Below, in pieces: positions 8,246 through 16,106 of a stretch of 20,000 bases of DNA. Origin of the DNA: an uncultured virus (IMG/VR IMGVR_UViG_3300046314_000298) (lineage: Duplodnaviria > Heunggongvirae > Uroviricota > Caudoviricetes); IMG/VR virus record IMGVR_UViG_3300046314_000298. One strand, given 5' to 3'. The notes below the pieces were generated by a model that worked only from the letters and a program-made list of their open reading frames with translations, was not told the DNA's origin and did not search any database. Within the stretch, counting starts at the first letter, position 1. Each line of letters starts with the position of its first letter. The position numbers and the translations under genes are program-made.

Positions 8246-8571
8246 GATGCATTTACGTAACTACCATCTGGATTATCACCCCAGCTTTGGATGACATTGA
8301 TGTCTATACGAAGACCATAACCGCTTTCACGATCGAAATCTTCAGCTAACCAAACATCTCCCATGCGAGAAGCACCTGTCACCAGGTAAACTTTGCCTTC
8401 AAAAGTAGCAAACAGTTTATGAGCTTTTACAAACTTATCAAACTTAAACCTCAGATTCGCCGGAAACCTGAAATGATTAAGTATCCAAGCTGCATAGGTT
8501 TCCGATTCTGACATCTGGGAACAAGGAGCATCAATGAAATCATCGACATGTTTGTAGGTTCGATCAGACAT
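8224..8571 (-). CDS. Conserved phage hypothetical protein (115 aa; start re-called)
   Basis: The ATG at 8571 has AAGGAAGGA upstream and avoids overlap with 8576-8971. Contains the motif VTGASRMGDVWL. Confidence 0.75.
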   Translation of the reverse strand: MSDRTYKHVDDFIDAPCSQMSESETYAAWILNHFRFPANLRFKFDKFVKAHKLFATFEGKVYLVTGASRMGDVWLAEDFDRESGYGLRIDINVIQSWGDNPDGSYVNASCQSIQT

Positions 8572-8575
8572 GATA

Positions 8576-8971
8576 TTAAAGTCCTTCCTTGGTTCCGTTG
8601 ACAAAGTACTCTTTATGTAGCATAGATACACCATACTTGTTAAAAAGTTGCTTATATTTTTCCTGGAACTCAGAATTAATATCAAAGTTACTTCTATCTT
8701 TGATCAAAGCCATGCATTCCATATCAAACATAGCGTAAGTCATGTTCTCACGGAAACATTCATCAATGCAAGACTGATGAAGGAAGATCCAGCCTAGATG
8801 TGTTTTCAGACTGCTGTCTTTTTCACGAACATAGATCAGACCTGTAGACATTTCCAGATAAGTGAAATTACCTACAGTACCAAAGTTAACCACATGACCA
8901 GGTATAGCCACAGGTGTGAGGGTCAGAGTTTCCTGACCAAGGTCTTGATAATCATCTCTAAAATAGGGCAT
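8576..8971 (-). CDS. Hypothetical protein (131 aa)
   Basis: ORF in operon context, preceded by the recurrent leader AAAGAATGTATC-ATG. Confidence 0.7.
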   Translation of the reverse strand: MPYFRDDYQDLGQETLTLTPVAIPGHVVNFGTVGNFTYLEMSTGLIYVREKDSSLKTHLGWIFLHQSCIDECFRENMTYAMFDMECMALIKDRSNFDINSEFQEKYKQLFNKYGVSMLHKEYFVNGTKEGL

Positions 8972-9002
8972 GATACATTCTTTTCTTGAAGTGGGTAAAT
9001 GA

Positions 9003-9407
9003 TTAAGTTGTTCTGGTGGTCAGATTGTAAGAACGGTACCCCATGGCGTTAAGAGCGTCACGAATACGACTCACGTCATTCATACTGGCATTTGCTATCA
9101 CAGCTGTGATGGTAATACTGTCGATAAGCTCCACACTGGCCATGTCGATCCACTGGTCGGCATAGATGAATCGTTCCCCTGATTCCCCAATGAACTCATA
9201 GTACGTACAGCTGTTGACATCATCAGGTGTGCCTGGTGGAAGCAAAGGAAAAATCTTCCGGTATTGAAGATCGATGTTGTTGGTCTTTCTGGCAGTGTCG
9301 GCTACCATAATACCAACCAACTTGGCGTTGATAACAGATGCACCCAGAATACTGGGTGCTCTTGTGACAAAGGTAAAGGTCTTATTCAGACTAAATTGAG
9401 CAGCCAT
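9003..9407 (-). CDS. Conserved phiKZ-like phage protein (gp42-like/SH3-like, tentative)
   Basis: The pattern 'APSILG...IFPLLPPGTPDD...WID...IRDALNAMGY' resembles the ~130-aa protein I recall downstream of PhuZ in phiKZ-like phages. Confidence 0.65.
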   Translation of the reverse strand: MAAQFSLNKTFTFVTRAPSILGASVINAKLVGIMVADTARKTNNIDLQYRKIFPLLPPGTPDDVNSCTYYEFIGESGERFIYADQWIDMASVELIDSITITAVIANASMNDVSRIRDALNAMGYRSYNLTTRTT

Positions 9408-9409
9408 TT

Positions 9410-9871
9410 TTAAAAGCTTTCTATGATACCAGAGAGGTGATTGGGTTTATAGATCAATCCGATACTAAACTGATCTACATATTTGACATCAACCAAATAC
9501 ATACCCTGGGGTTTGTTTCTGGCGATGGCAAAGAACATGAAGAGACCTAAGTCTTTCAATGCGTGGCTAAGTCCTGTCAATTCTCTTTCTTGTCGATAAG
9601 CAAAAGGGTGGATTTCACCTTTAGTACCAAATCGCAAGCCAGAGTAATTAGGCAGAGACAACAGATTGAAACAGAAATCAGAGTGATCGTCTGAAGTATT
9701 CATAACTACCTGAGACACCATGTCCCTAAAGGTATTGTCACAAAGCTCAGACAGAACACCTCTGTTGACAGAATTACCCAAACACTCATACATCTTTTCA
9801 GTTATATGAGTATGTAGGATCTGTCCCAGTCTGTCGTCTATGGAAATCATCAACAAAAAACCATTAGACAT
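9410..9871 (-). CDS. Hypothetical protein (153 aa)
   Basis: Overlap-coupled ORF in the minus-strand operon. Confidence 0.7.
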   Translation of the reverse strand: MSNGFLLMISIDDRLGQILHTHITEKMYECLGNSVNRGVLSELCDNTFRDMVSQVVMNTSDDHSDFCFNLLSLPNYSGLRFGTKGEIHPFAYRQERELTGLSHALKDLGLFMFFAIARNKPQGMYLVDVKYVDQFSIGLIYKPNHLSGIIESF

Positions 9872-10238
9872 GATACACGTAGAGGTTATTGGGTTCTGTG
9901 ATGGTCATACCTCTTATCTTGATAGGATCGAGATTAACTTTTTGGAGTCTGTCAACGATTATCTGATAGAGCTGATCGTAAGCTTCCTCAAATGCTTCTG
10001 TGGTTTCATGAAGCAAAAGAGCAGTCAGTATGTCTGTAAGAGCTTTGTGCGAAGGTAAGGACTTATGCTTTTTAAGCTTGTTGATCAGGATTCTATTCCT
10101 AAGCAGACAAAGCCAGATAAGATTCATCCAATCTTCGTTACTCATTTCAGACTCTGTATCCAACTGGACCAAATCCAGATTGGTAATCGCAACAGGTATG
10201 TCTATTACATACAGCTTCAGTTTTGATTCAGGTGACAT
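9864..10238 (-). CDS. Hypothetical protein (124 aa)
   Basis: Overlap-coupled ORF; GAGG upstream of the ATG. Confidence 0.7.
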   Translation of the reverse strand: MSPESKLKLYVIDIPVAITNLDLVQLDTESEMSNEDWMNLIWLCLLRNRILINKLKKHKSLPSHKALTDILTALLLHETTEAFEEAYDQLYQIIVDRLQKVNLDPIKIRGMTITEPNNLYVYHV

Positions 10239-10597
10239 GGTGACCTCATAAGAACTGTGGTGGGGTCAACCCAACCAACGAAATAGGATTCACCAGGGTC
10301 TACTCCGTGAGGAGCTTGTTTTATATTGGCTTGGTCCAACGATATTTTCATATCATCTACCCAGTAGTCAATACACTGTAGTAAATACCCTTCGTAAAAG
10401 ATGTCTGGATTCTCATCTATTGTGCTTTCTATGGCTTGCCAGACATACTCTTCATCATCAAGATTACCAGGTACTGTCAGTATATGCTGAACAAGATTAT
10501 TCAGCGGGACTGCTGAGTACATGGGGTGAAGCTCTTCCACAGTTCTGTAATACCCTAACTCAGATCTGAGGTCTAAGGTGTACAGAGTCGGAGTCAT
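10217..10597 (-). CDS. Hypothetical acidic protein (126 aa)
   Basis: ATGA overlap with the upstream gene. Confidence 0.7.
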   Translation of the reverse strand: MTPTLYTLDLRSELGYYRTVEELHPMYSAVPLNNLVQHILTVPGNLDDEEYVWQAIESTIDENPDIFYEGYLLQCIDYWVDDMKISLDQANIKQAPHGVDPGESYFVGWVDPTTVLMRSPCHLNQN

Positions 10598-11313
10598 GGT
10601 TTCTTAAAGTCAGCGAAAGCTTGACAGATAGCCAACATAGAACTTTCGTCTGTGTCAGGTTGCTCACGTTCCCACTTCATTCGATACCAATCATAGATCC
10701 GGAAGTCCACAGTCTTACTGATAACGATAGCTGTGCCACGTCTTTTGGTGAAATAGAAGTGCCAGCTGTCAGGACCTACAAAGCTAGAGACTTCATCGAT
10801 TACAGCAATCAGATCTGTTTCCAGATTGCCTATGGCTGTTTCACGTTTCTCTTCTTTGACATCCTGTCGAAGCAGCTTGTCTAAGTCAAGGTTATTGGCT
10901 GTGGTGTGAGTATGAGGACACAGACGGTACAGATAATCATCAATGATTTTCTCTACCACAGACAGAAGTCTCAAATCAAATACAGGCTTTTCACAGATGT
11001 TTTTCCTGATCATCAGATTTTGAGGTGTGGGCTTCTGAATAAACCCGATAGCTTCACTATAGATGATACCAGTACAAGTCTGAAAATCCCTCATGGTGGT
11101 CAGTTGTTTCTTTGTGCCGTCTTTCATGATGGTAGAATACTCAACGTCAGCACTAAACACCAGCTCGTTGTTTACACGGTTGTAATACCCTTTAGCCAAA
11201 GGTAGCATCAACTCACTGAAGTCAGTGATATGAGAGACCTTATCCATCAGGTCTATTACAGTCACATCAGACACCTTGGTCAGCAGCTCGTTCAAGTCTT
11301 TATAATCGTACAT
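10594..11313 (-). CDS. Hypothetical protein downstream of PhuZ (239 aa; start re-called to MYDYK)
   Basis: ATG at 11313 preceded by AAAAGGAATGTAAC, 1 nt after the upstream stop. Size and position fit a conserved phiKZ-like gene (tentative). Confidence 0.7.
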   Translation of the reverse strand: MYDYKDLNELLTKVSDVTVIDLMDKVSHITDFSELMLPLAKGYYNRVNNELVFSADVEYSTIMKDGTKKQLTTMRDFQTCTGIIYSEAIGFIQKPTPQNLMIRKNICEKPVFDLRLLSVVEKIIDDYLYRLCPHTHTTANNLDLDKLLRQDVKEEKRETAIGNLETDLIAVIDEVSSFVGPDSWHFYFTKRRGTAIVISKTVDFRIYDWYRMKWEREQPDTDESSMLAICQAFADFKKP

Positions 11314-11314
11314 G

Positions 11315-11686
11315 TTACATTCCTTTTGAAATAAATAAGACATCCCCACAAACCATCAGTTTATACGGACAGTTTGCGGAACCTGGGTGGGACATATTGA
11401 CATCCCTCATTCTGTCTCTTAAGAACATAGGCATCGTGTATTTAAAATGACTATCGTAAACCACTCTAAACACATCGTGTCTGTAGTGAGTACTGAGTCT
11501 ATACACACTTCCTTGCATAAGGCTGCTGAAGCTTTCTTGCACTAGCCAGTCAAACAAGTCTTCTAACTCATCTGATCTGATAAGATAGGATTGCACTATC
11601 TCAGGTAGAAGCTGAGTATACGCCACACGCATCGTGGCTATCGATATCACGTATGTTGTATAGTTAGCTAGAACTTTAAGATCCAT
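11315..11686 (-). CDS. Hypothetical protein (123 aa; start re-called to MDLKV)
   Basis: ATG at 11686 preceded by AAAGAAAGAATGTAAC. The upstream TTG start in the ORF track lies inside a leader hairpin. Confidence 0.7.
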   Translation of the reverse strand: MDLKVLANYTTYVISIATMRVAYTQLLPEIVQSYLIRSDELEDLFDWLVQESFSSLMQGSVYRLSTHYRHDVFRVVYDSHFKYTMPMFLRDRMRDVNMSHPGSANCPYKLMVCGDVLFISKGM

Positions 11687-11736
11687 GTTACATTCTTTCT
11701 TTGATTGAGGGGGTGGTATCAATCAAAGTATGTATC

Positions 11737-11753
11737 GTCATAGTACTTTTTAA
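11737..11753 (-). promoter_or_regulatory. Putative TATG-type promoter
   Basis: The minus strand reads TTAAAAAGTACTATGAC, just downstream of the PhuZ terminator and upstream of the next operon. Confidence 0.5.
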
Positions 11754-11781
11754 AAGCCTCTATATAAGGTATTAATTAGAC

Positions 11782-11825
11782 AAAAAAAAAATAACACCCC
11801 GGCCTTTTGGGCTAGGGTGTTATTT
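11782..11825 (-). terminator. Rho-independent terminator after PhuZ
   Basis: Stem AAATAACACCC (11789-11799) / GGGTGTTATTT (11815-11825) with an inner GC extension, followed by a T-tract on the minus strand. Confidence 0.85.
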
Positions 11826-11829
11826 ATGT

Positions 11830-12804
11830 TTACAGAATCAAGCCGTCATCTGTAGATGCAGCAGAGTTCTTGACGATAGACTTCTCCACCACCACAGCAC
11901 GAGCCTCATCATAGACAGCCAGACGCGCTTCCAAACGAGCCACTGTCTCATTGAACACACCACCCACGATAGAAGCGTGGATAGGCATTTCCATCGAAAT
12001 AGCCTTTTGAGCTTCAGGAGACACGTAACCTACGCACTGATATTCCACAGGCACTTCAGTACCGCTATCATGGTTATCATCAGTCAGAGTAGCCAGAGAG
12101 ATCAAAGACTGACCTTTGTTCAGCTTGATAGTACCTGAGTGGAACTCCAACAGGTTCAGCTTAGGGCTGTAGCTGGTCACGCGGTTGTAGTTGATCCAAT
12201 TACCCAGGTCAGCAGATTCCAACTCACGGTTAGCACCGGAGAAGATAGCTGCTAAGATGACCACTGCGGTTTGCATCTGGTTATCCACCGCACCACGAGG
12301 GGTGTCTTTTGTGTTCTCACGATAGAAGCAGATGACAGGTTTGTCACGCTTTTGTGAGATGACTTCGTACGACTGGAGAGTCTTCTTGGTGTTCTCAGTC
12401 TCGATCTTGGAAGCAGTACCGCCACCCATTAGAACGATCACAGTCTCATTACGAGACAGAAGCTCAGACACGAGAACGGGACCTAGGACAGAACCCGATC
12501 CGCCGCTCCCTGAGTGGATAACGATGTTGACATCAGCTGGTTTGAACTTGTGCAAGATTTCCTTGCTCTTCTCAGCAATGATGCTGTAGTTGCTATTGCG
12601 CAACTTACCAGAGCCATCAAGCCCATCTACCAAGTAGGTATTAGCCGGAACTTCATCCAGCATATTGCTTTTACTGGTGTCGATGAAGTAAGGTACGATC
12701 TTGGCAAAGCCAGGGTCTTTCTGCCCAGCAAAGCGTTGGAACTGCTGGGTGATGTTGATGCCGAAACCACCAGCACCGTAGATAGCGATCGTTTTGTTGC
12801 TCAT
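11830..12804 (-). CDS. phuZ: Phage tubulin PhuZ (TubZ/FtsZ-family GTPase)
   Basis: T1 loop IYGAGGFGINI; IDTS; DGSGK; tubulin signature HSGSGGSGSVLG; short acidic-hydrophobic C-terminal tail (DDGLIL); 324 aa, as expected for PhuZ. Confidence 0.93.
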   Translation of the reverse strand: MSNKTIAIYGAGGFGINITQQFQRFAGQKDPGFAKIVPYFIDTSKSNMLDEVPANTYLVDGLDGSGKLRNSNYSIIAEKSKEILHKFKPADVNIVIHSGSGGSGSVLGPVLVSELLSRNETVIVLMGGGTASKIETENTKKTLQSYEVISQKRDKPVICFYRENTKDTPRGAVDNQMQTAVVILAAIFSGANRELESADLGNWINYNRVTSYSPKLNLLEFHSGTIKLNKGQSLISLATLTDDNHDSGTEVPVEYQCVGYVSPEAQKAISMEMPIHASIVGGVFNETVARLEARLAVYDEARAVVVEKSIVKNSAASTDDGLIL

Positions 12805-13271
12805 GATGTTACTTTCTTTTGATTGAGATCAGCTAAGACCTTTTTTACCTTACGTACATACCGAGGATCACCACCGCCGTTATAGCAAACCAATGCTAGA
12901 CTTAGATTACCTCGTCGCTTATCCATACACTCTTTCAAGATGTATGTACCTACGTATACATTAGCGTATACGTTCATAGGGTTGGTTCCTTTGAACTTCT
13001 CCCGATGATACCTCAGGTTCACCTGCATCAACCCTTTATTACTCATGTTCTGAGCTTTAGGGTTAAAGTTAGACTCTACCTGCATCACTGCGATTATCAC
13101 ATTAGGTTCTACCTGATGTGATTCTGAGGCTATCTGCACTGCCTCGTTGATCATGTTGCCAACATGAGTACATTTGTTACCGCAGCGACCGTCGATGTAG
13201 TCTGTGATATTGTTAGCACTTACAGGTGCCAGAGCAATCAACAGACTGAACAATACGGACAGCTTAATCAT
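12801..13271 (-). CDS. Soluble lytic transglycosylase (SLT domain) with signal peptide
   Basis: Hydrophobic N-terminus ending in VSA; catalytic motif VMQVESNFNPKA; GLMQV; CYNGG. Confidence 0.9.
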   Translation of the reverse strand: MIKLSVLFSLLIALAPVSANNITDYIDGRCGNKCTHVGNMINEAVQIASESHQVEPNVIIAVMQVESNFNPKAQNMSNKGLMQVNLRYHREKFKGTNPMNVYANVYVGTYILKECMDKRRGNLSLALVCYNGGGDPRYVRKVKKVLADLNQKKVTS

Positions 13272-13851
13272 CTATATCCTTTCAGAGTTAAGACTTAAGT
13301 AAAGACATTCTACCTAAGCACATTATAGTCATAGTCCAAATAAAGTTTAAGTCATCAACTATAACTAGAAAGCCCTTCGGCTCACAGACTGCGGTCTCGA
13401 AAAAATCGCGCCCCTATAAACGTGGATACCAGATTTGTTATATTTTAATAGTTAAGTAAGTGTAGACTTTATTATTTTTATTTCTCTAAAATAAAAATAA
13501 ACTATCAGCTACTACCGATAACTTATACTCTATAACTCTCTTAAGCTATCCTAGACTCTATATCTCTTACTTCTTAACTCTTTAAATTTCATTGGCTAAA
13601 TGAAATTTAACTATTATTCTTTTTTTAATACTATCAGCTATATGTTATAGAGGCATTCATAAGTCCTGCATAAAGCAAAGAGTAACGGTCATAGCTATAT
13701 TAGACTATATAACTAGGCAACATAGAGAACCACCAGCTGCTAAATATAAGGGGCGGAGCCCCTTATATATAAGCGTGGACTAAGTATTACCCTCATACAT
13801 TGTTAGTAATAAATTATTTTTTCCCAAAAAGTTAGAACAGCTTAATTTACA

Positions 13852-13861
13852 ATGCTATGAC
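13852..13861 (+). promoter_or_regulatory. Putative late (TATG-type) promoter for the virion/terminase block
   Basis: ATGCTATGAC, identical to 456-465 (-), about 60 nt upstream of the ATG at 13918. Confidence 0.55.
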
Positions 13862-13898
13862 AGCTGCTTGACGGCAGCTGGATAGCTTTCTTTTTTTT
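13854..13898 (+). terminator. Terminator-like hairpin with U-tract
   Basis: CAGCTGC-TTGACG-GCAGCTG core extended by GCTAT/ATAGC, followed by TTTCTTTTTTTT. Confidence 0.55.
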
Positions 13899-13917
13899 GT
13901 CTTTGTCGGAGAGTGTC

Positions 13918-14442
13918 ATGGGTATATTCAATCTGAGTAATGTATCGGAACCTGCACAGAAGCCTGTGTTGCAGTCTGATAATGAGTTTAAAGCTGGTCA
14001 AATGGTAAAACCACAAGAGCCTGAAGCTACACAAAAGAGTCAGGATGGTGAGTCTAAGAATAAGACTGTGGTGATGACGGGTCCTTTGAGCAAGATCTAT
14101 AGTGAAGCTCTGCATCTTGTGTATGGTAAAGAATCTATTGACATGGTAGATCCTGATGAAATCGATGGTGTTGGTGGTGTGACATACGGCGAGGAAGATA
14201 AAGAACTGTATGTTTATACCACCGATGGTGATAAGATGGATGGTAGTGAGATGGTAGACGCTGGTGATAAGCTTAGGGTGGCTCTAGACAGTAAAAAGTA
14301 TAAGAAAGTACTTTTAGCTGTAGAGTGTAAAACGCCTAGTAGAAAAGTGGCTTTACTGCACGAGATGGCTACCAGCATGGGTGTAGATGTGGTATTCAGC
14401 AGAAGAACTGCTATAGAGAGTATGAAAGCTTATTTGTCATGA
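13918..14442 (+). CDS. Hypothetical phiKZ-like protein, probably virion-associated (174 aa; start re-called)
   Basis: ATG at 13918 with GGAG upstream. Low-complexity N-terminus followed by the motif GPLSKIYSEALHLVY. ATGA overlap with the next gene. Confidence 0.7.
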   Translation: MGIFNLSNVSEPAQKPVLQSDNEFKAGQMVKPQEPEATQKSQDGESKNKTVVMTGPLSKIYSEALHLVYGKESIDMVDPDEIDGVGGVTYGEEDKELYVYTTDGDKMDGSEMVDAGDKLRVALDSKKYKKVLLAVECKTPSRKVALLHEMATSMGVDVVFSRRTAIESMKAYLS

Positions 14443-15656
14443 AAAATCTTTATGAAGCTTTTCAGAAAAACTTTAATCACGTTAAGTTTGATGGTAGATT
14501 GGCTGATCGGCTTTATAAATTTCAAATCGGGTATATCAACCAAAACTCTGAACATTTGGAGTTCTTTGGTGGGAATCTGTTGGGTGTACAGGTAGTTAGA
14601 TTCAAAGATAGTGATTTGAAGAGATTTTATGAAGAGGTGTTAGATGTTGATTTGAGTATATTGACTGAAGATATACGAAGTCTTGACACCATAGATCACA
14701 GCCATAAGGTCGGTAGCGACATACTTAACTTAACCTGCATGTACTTGATACACGGGTTTCTGAGAAGTAATTTAGTTAATGAGACCAAGAAGAAAAGAGC
14801 TACCTATGACGTGGCTGTTATATTTTTCTGTAGATGTTTAGCTGCTTTACTGAGTCATTACTTTAAATATCCTGCTGATCCTCATGTGGCTCAGATGACT
14901 TATGCTAATTTAAGTAATAAGTATCTCATTAAGAAACTAGGTAGCTGGCATGCTGTGGTAGACTACAGATCTAAAGAGATGACAGGTAAGGATAGCATAC
15001 ACCTTTCTAATCTGTATAAATTCTCTGATGACAGCACAATCACTTATGCTGTTTCTGATGGTCAAGGTCGTATCAGAGATATGATCAAGAACTATTATGC
15101 TGAGTTTGCTTTGGTGTTAGAGTCTGGTGGTAGAATCAACACCACAGGCGGTACTTACTTTGATGCAGATGGTGAAGAGACATTGAGGGATAAAACCCGT
15201 TCTGTGGAATCTGATGTTCAGTACATGCTTCAGATACTGAGCGATAGAAACTCTTTCATCAAACATGATTTGGTGCAAGTCATCGTTGGTATCAACAAGA
15301 ATACATCAGCTAAGATGTTAAACAGTGTTCTTCAACTGGTGCATGACGGAAGTATGAATGAACATTCTTCTCTGATGCAGGATTTTGTTCAGAGGGTGGT
15401 GATATATAGTTACCATCTGTTGAATCAAAGTCAGATAGAGAACATGAGAGACTACCCTAAGATTCTCACCAATCTGAAGAATTTATATCTATCCACACGG
15501 TCTACCGACATAGAGTTGTTAAAGATCAGGGATATGGGTGCTAAGATAGTTAAGCTTTCAAGTAAGAGTAAATTCTCTGAAAGTTTGATGATGGCTACTC
15601 GCACTTCTTTGATTCTCTACATCTGTTTAAGGGCTTTGATAGGACGAAATAGTTGA
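14439..15656 (+). CDS. Conserved phiKZ-like virion structural protein (gp32-like, tentative; 405 aa)
   Basis: The motifs EHLEFFGGNLLGV, LSNKYLIKKLGSW and DGQGRIRDMIKN match a core protein I recall from phiKZ-like phages. Confidence 0.7.
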   Translation: MKNLYEAFQKNFNHVKFDGRLADRLYKFQIGYINQNSEHLEFFGGNLLGVQVVRFKDSDLKRFYEEVLDVDLSILTEDIRSLDTIDHSHKVGSDILNLTCMYLIHGFLRSNLVNETKKKRATYDVAVIFFCRCLAALLSHYFKYPADPHVAQMTYANLSNKYLIKKLGSWHAVVDYRSKEMTGKDSIHLSNLYKFSDDSTITYAVSDGQGRIRDMIKNYYAEFALVLESGGRINTTGGTYFDADGEETLRDKTRSVESDVQYMLQILSDRNSFIKHDLVQVIVGINKNTSAKMLNSVLQLVHDGSMNEHSSLMQDFVQRVVIYSYHLLNQSQIENMRDYPKILTNLKNLYLSTRSTDIELLKIRDMGAKIVKLSSKSKFSESLMMATRTSLILYICLRALIGRNS

Positions 15657-15682
15657 TCGTATGGTAATCTAGAGAGGACCGT

Positions 15683-16093
15683 ATGTTCAAAATGTTCAAA
15701 AGACAGATATTGAAGATTTATGTCGGTATGAAAGGGATTCGCTTTTATACCACAGATCGCACTCCGGTCAGCCCTGAATTCATGAAATCTGAGTTCCTGG
15801 TCGTGGGTGGGAAAAAAGTAGAATTCTTCTTCTATAAAGAAGTATATACGGACTATGTTAGAAAGTATTTCTCTACGATGGAAGTGCAGCATGTGGCCTA
15901 CTCGATCCGCATGCAGGTAGATGATACCGTGCCTAACCATCTTAGACAATTTAACAATCTTAAAGTAGTCTTTAAATACGACAGCATAGCAGAGTTTCTT
16001 GAAGACGATCTCCACAGGATCCTTCTGGTGCGATATCTTCACTTTCTCGAAGACCTGATCCAAAAGCAAACGCTGAAACCAACAATACCTTGA
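15683..16093 (+). CDS. Hypothetical protein (136 aa)
   Basis: AGAGGA Shine-Dalgarno upstream of the ATG; co-oriented with its neighbours. Confidence 0.7.
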   Translation: MFKMFKRQILKIYVGMKGIRFYTTDRTPVSPEFMKSEFLVVGGKKVEFFFYKEVYTDYVRKYFSTMEVQHVAYSIRMQVDDTVPNHLRQFNNLKVVFKYDSIAEFLEDDLHRILLVRYLHFLEDLIQKQTLKPTIP

Positions 16094-16106
16094 TCGTTTC
16101 AATTTG

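Larger units (their letters stand above)
13272..13917. other. Long AT-rich structured divergent intergenic region
   Basis: No credible ORF. Contains several perfect inverted repeats, short direct repeats and TATG motifs on both strands. Confidence 0.75.

Noticed and set aside
11830..12804. Bacterial ftsZ
   Set aside because: Has GGSGS rather than GGGTGTG, lacks the FtsZ C-terminal peptide and dcw cluster context, and has phage neighbours.
8798..12822. Plus-strand ORFs at 8798, 9840, 10030, 10621, 10906, 12332 and 12514
   Set aside because: Antisense shadows of the continuous minus-strand operon and PhuZ.
13740..13796. 18-codon minus-strand ORF MRVILSPRLYIRGSAPYI
   Set aside because: No Shine-Dalgarno, and it overlaps the GGA hairpin; the ATG is better explained as part of a TATG promoter motif.
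13272..13917. Possible CRISPR array or tRNA in the intergenic region
   Set aside because: Repeats are 11 nt or shorter and irregularly spaced; I found no cloverleaf or T-loop consensus by eye.
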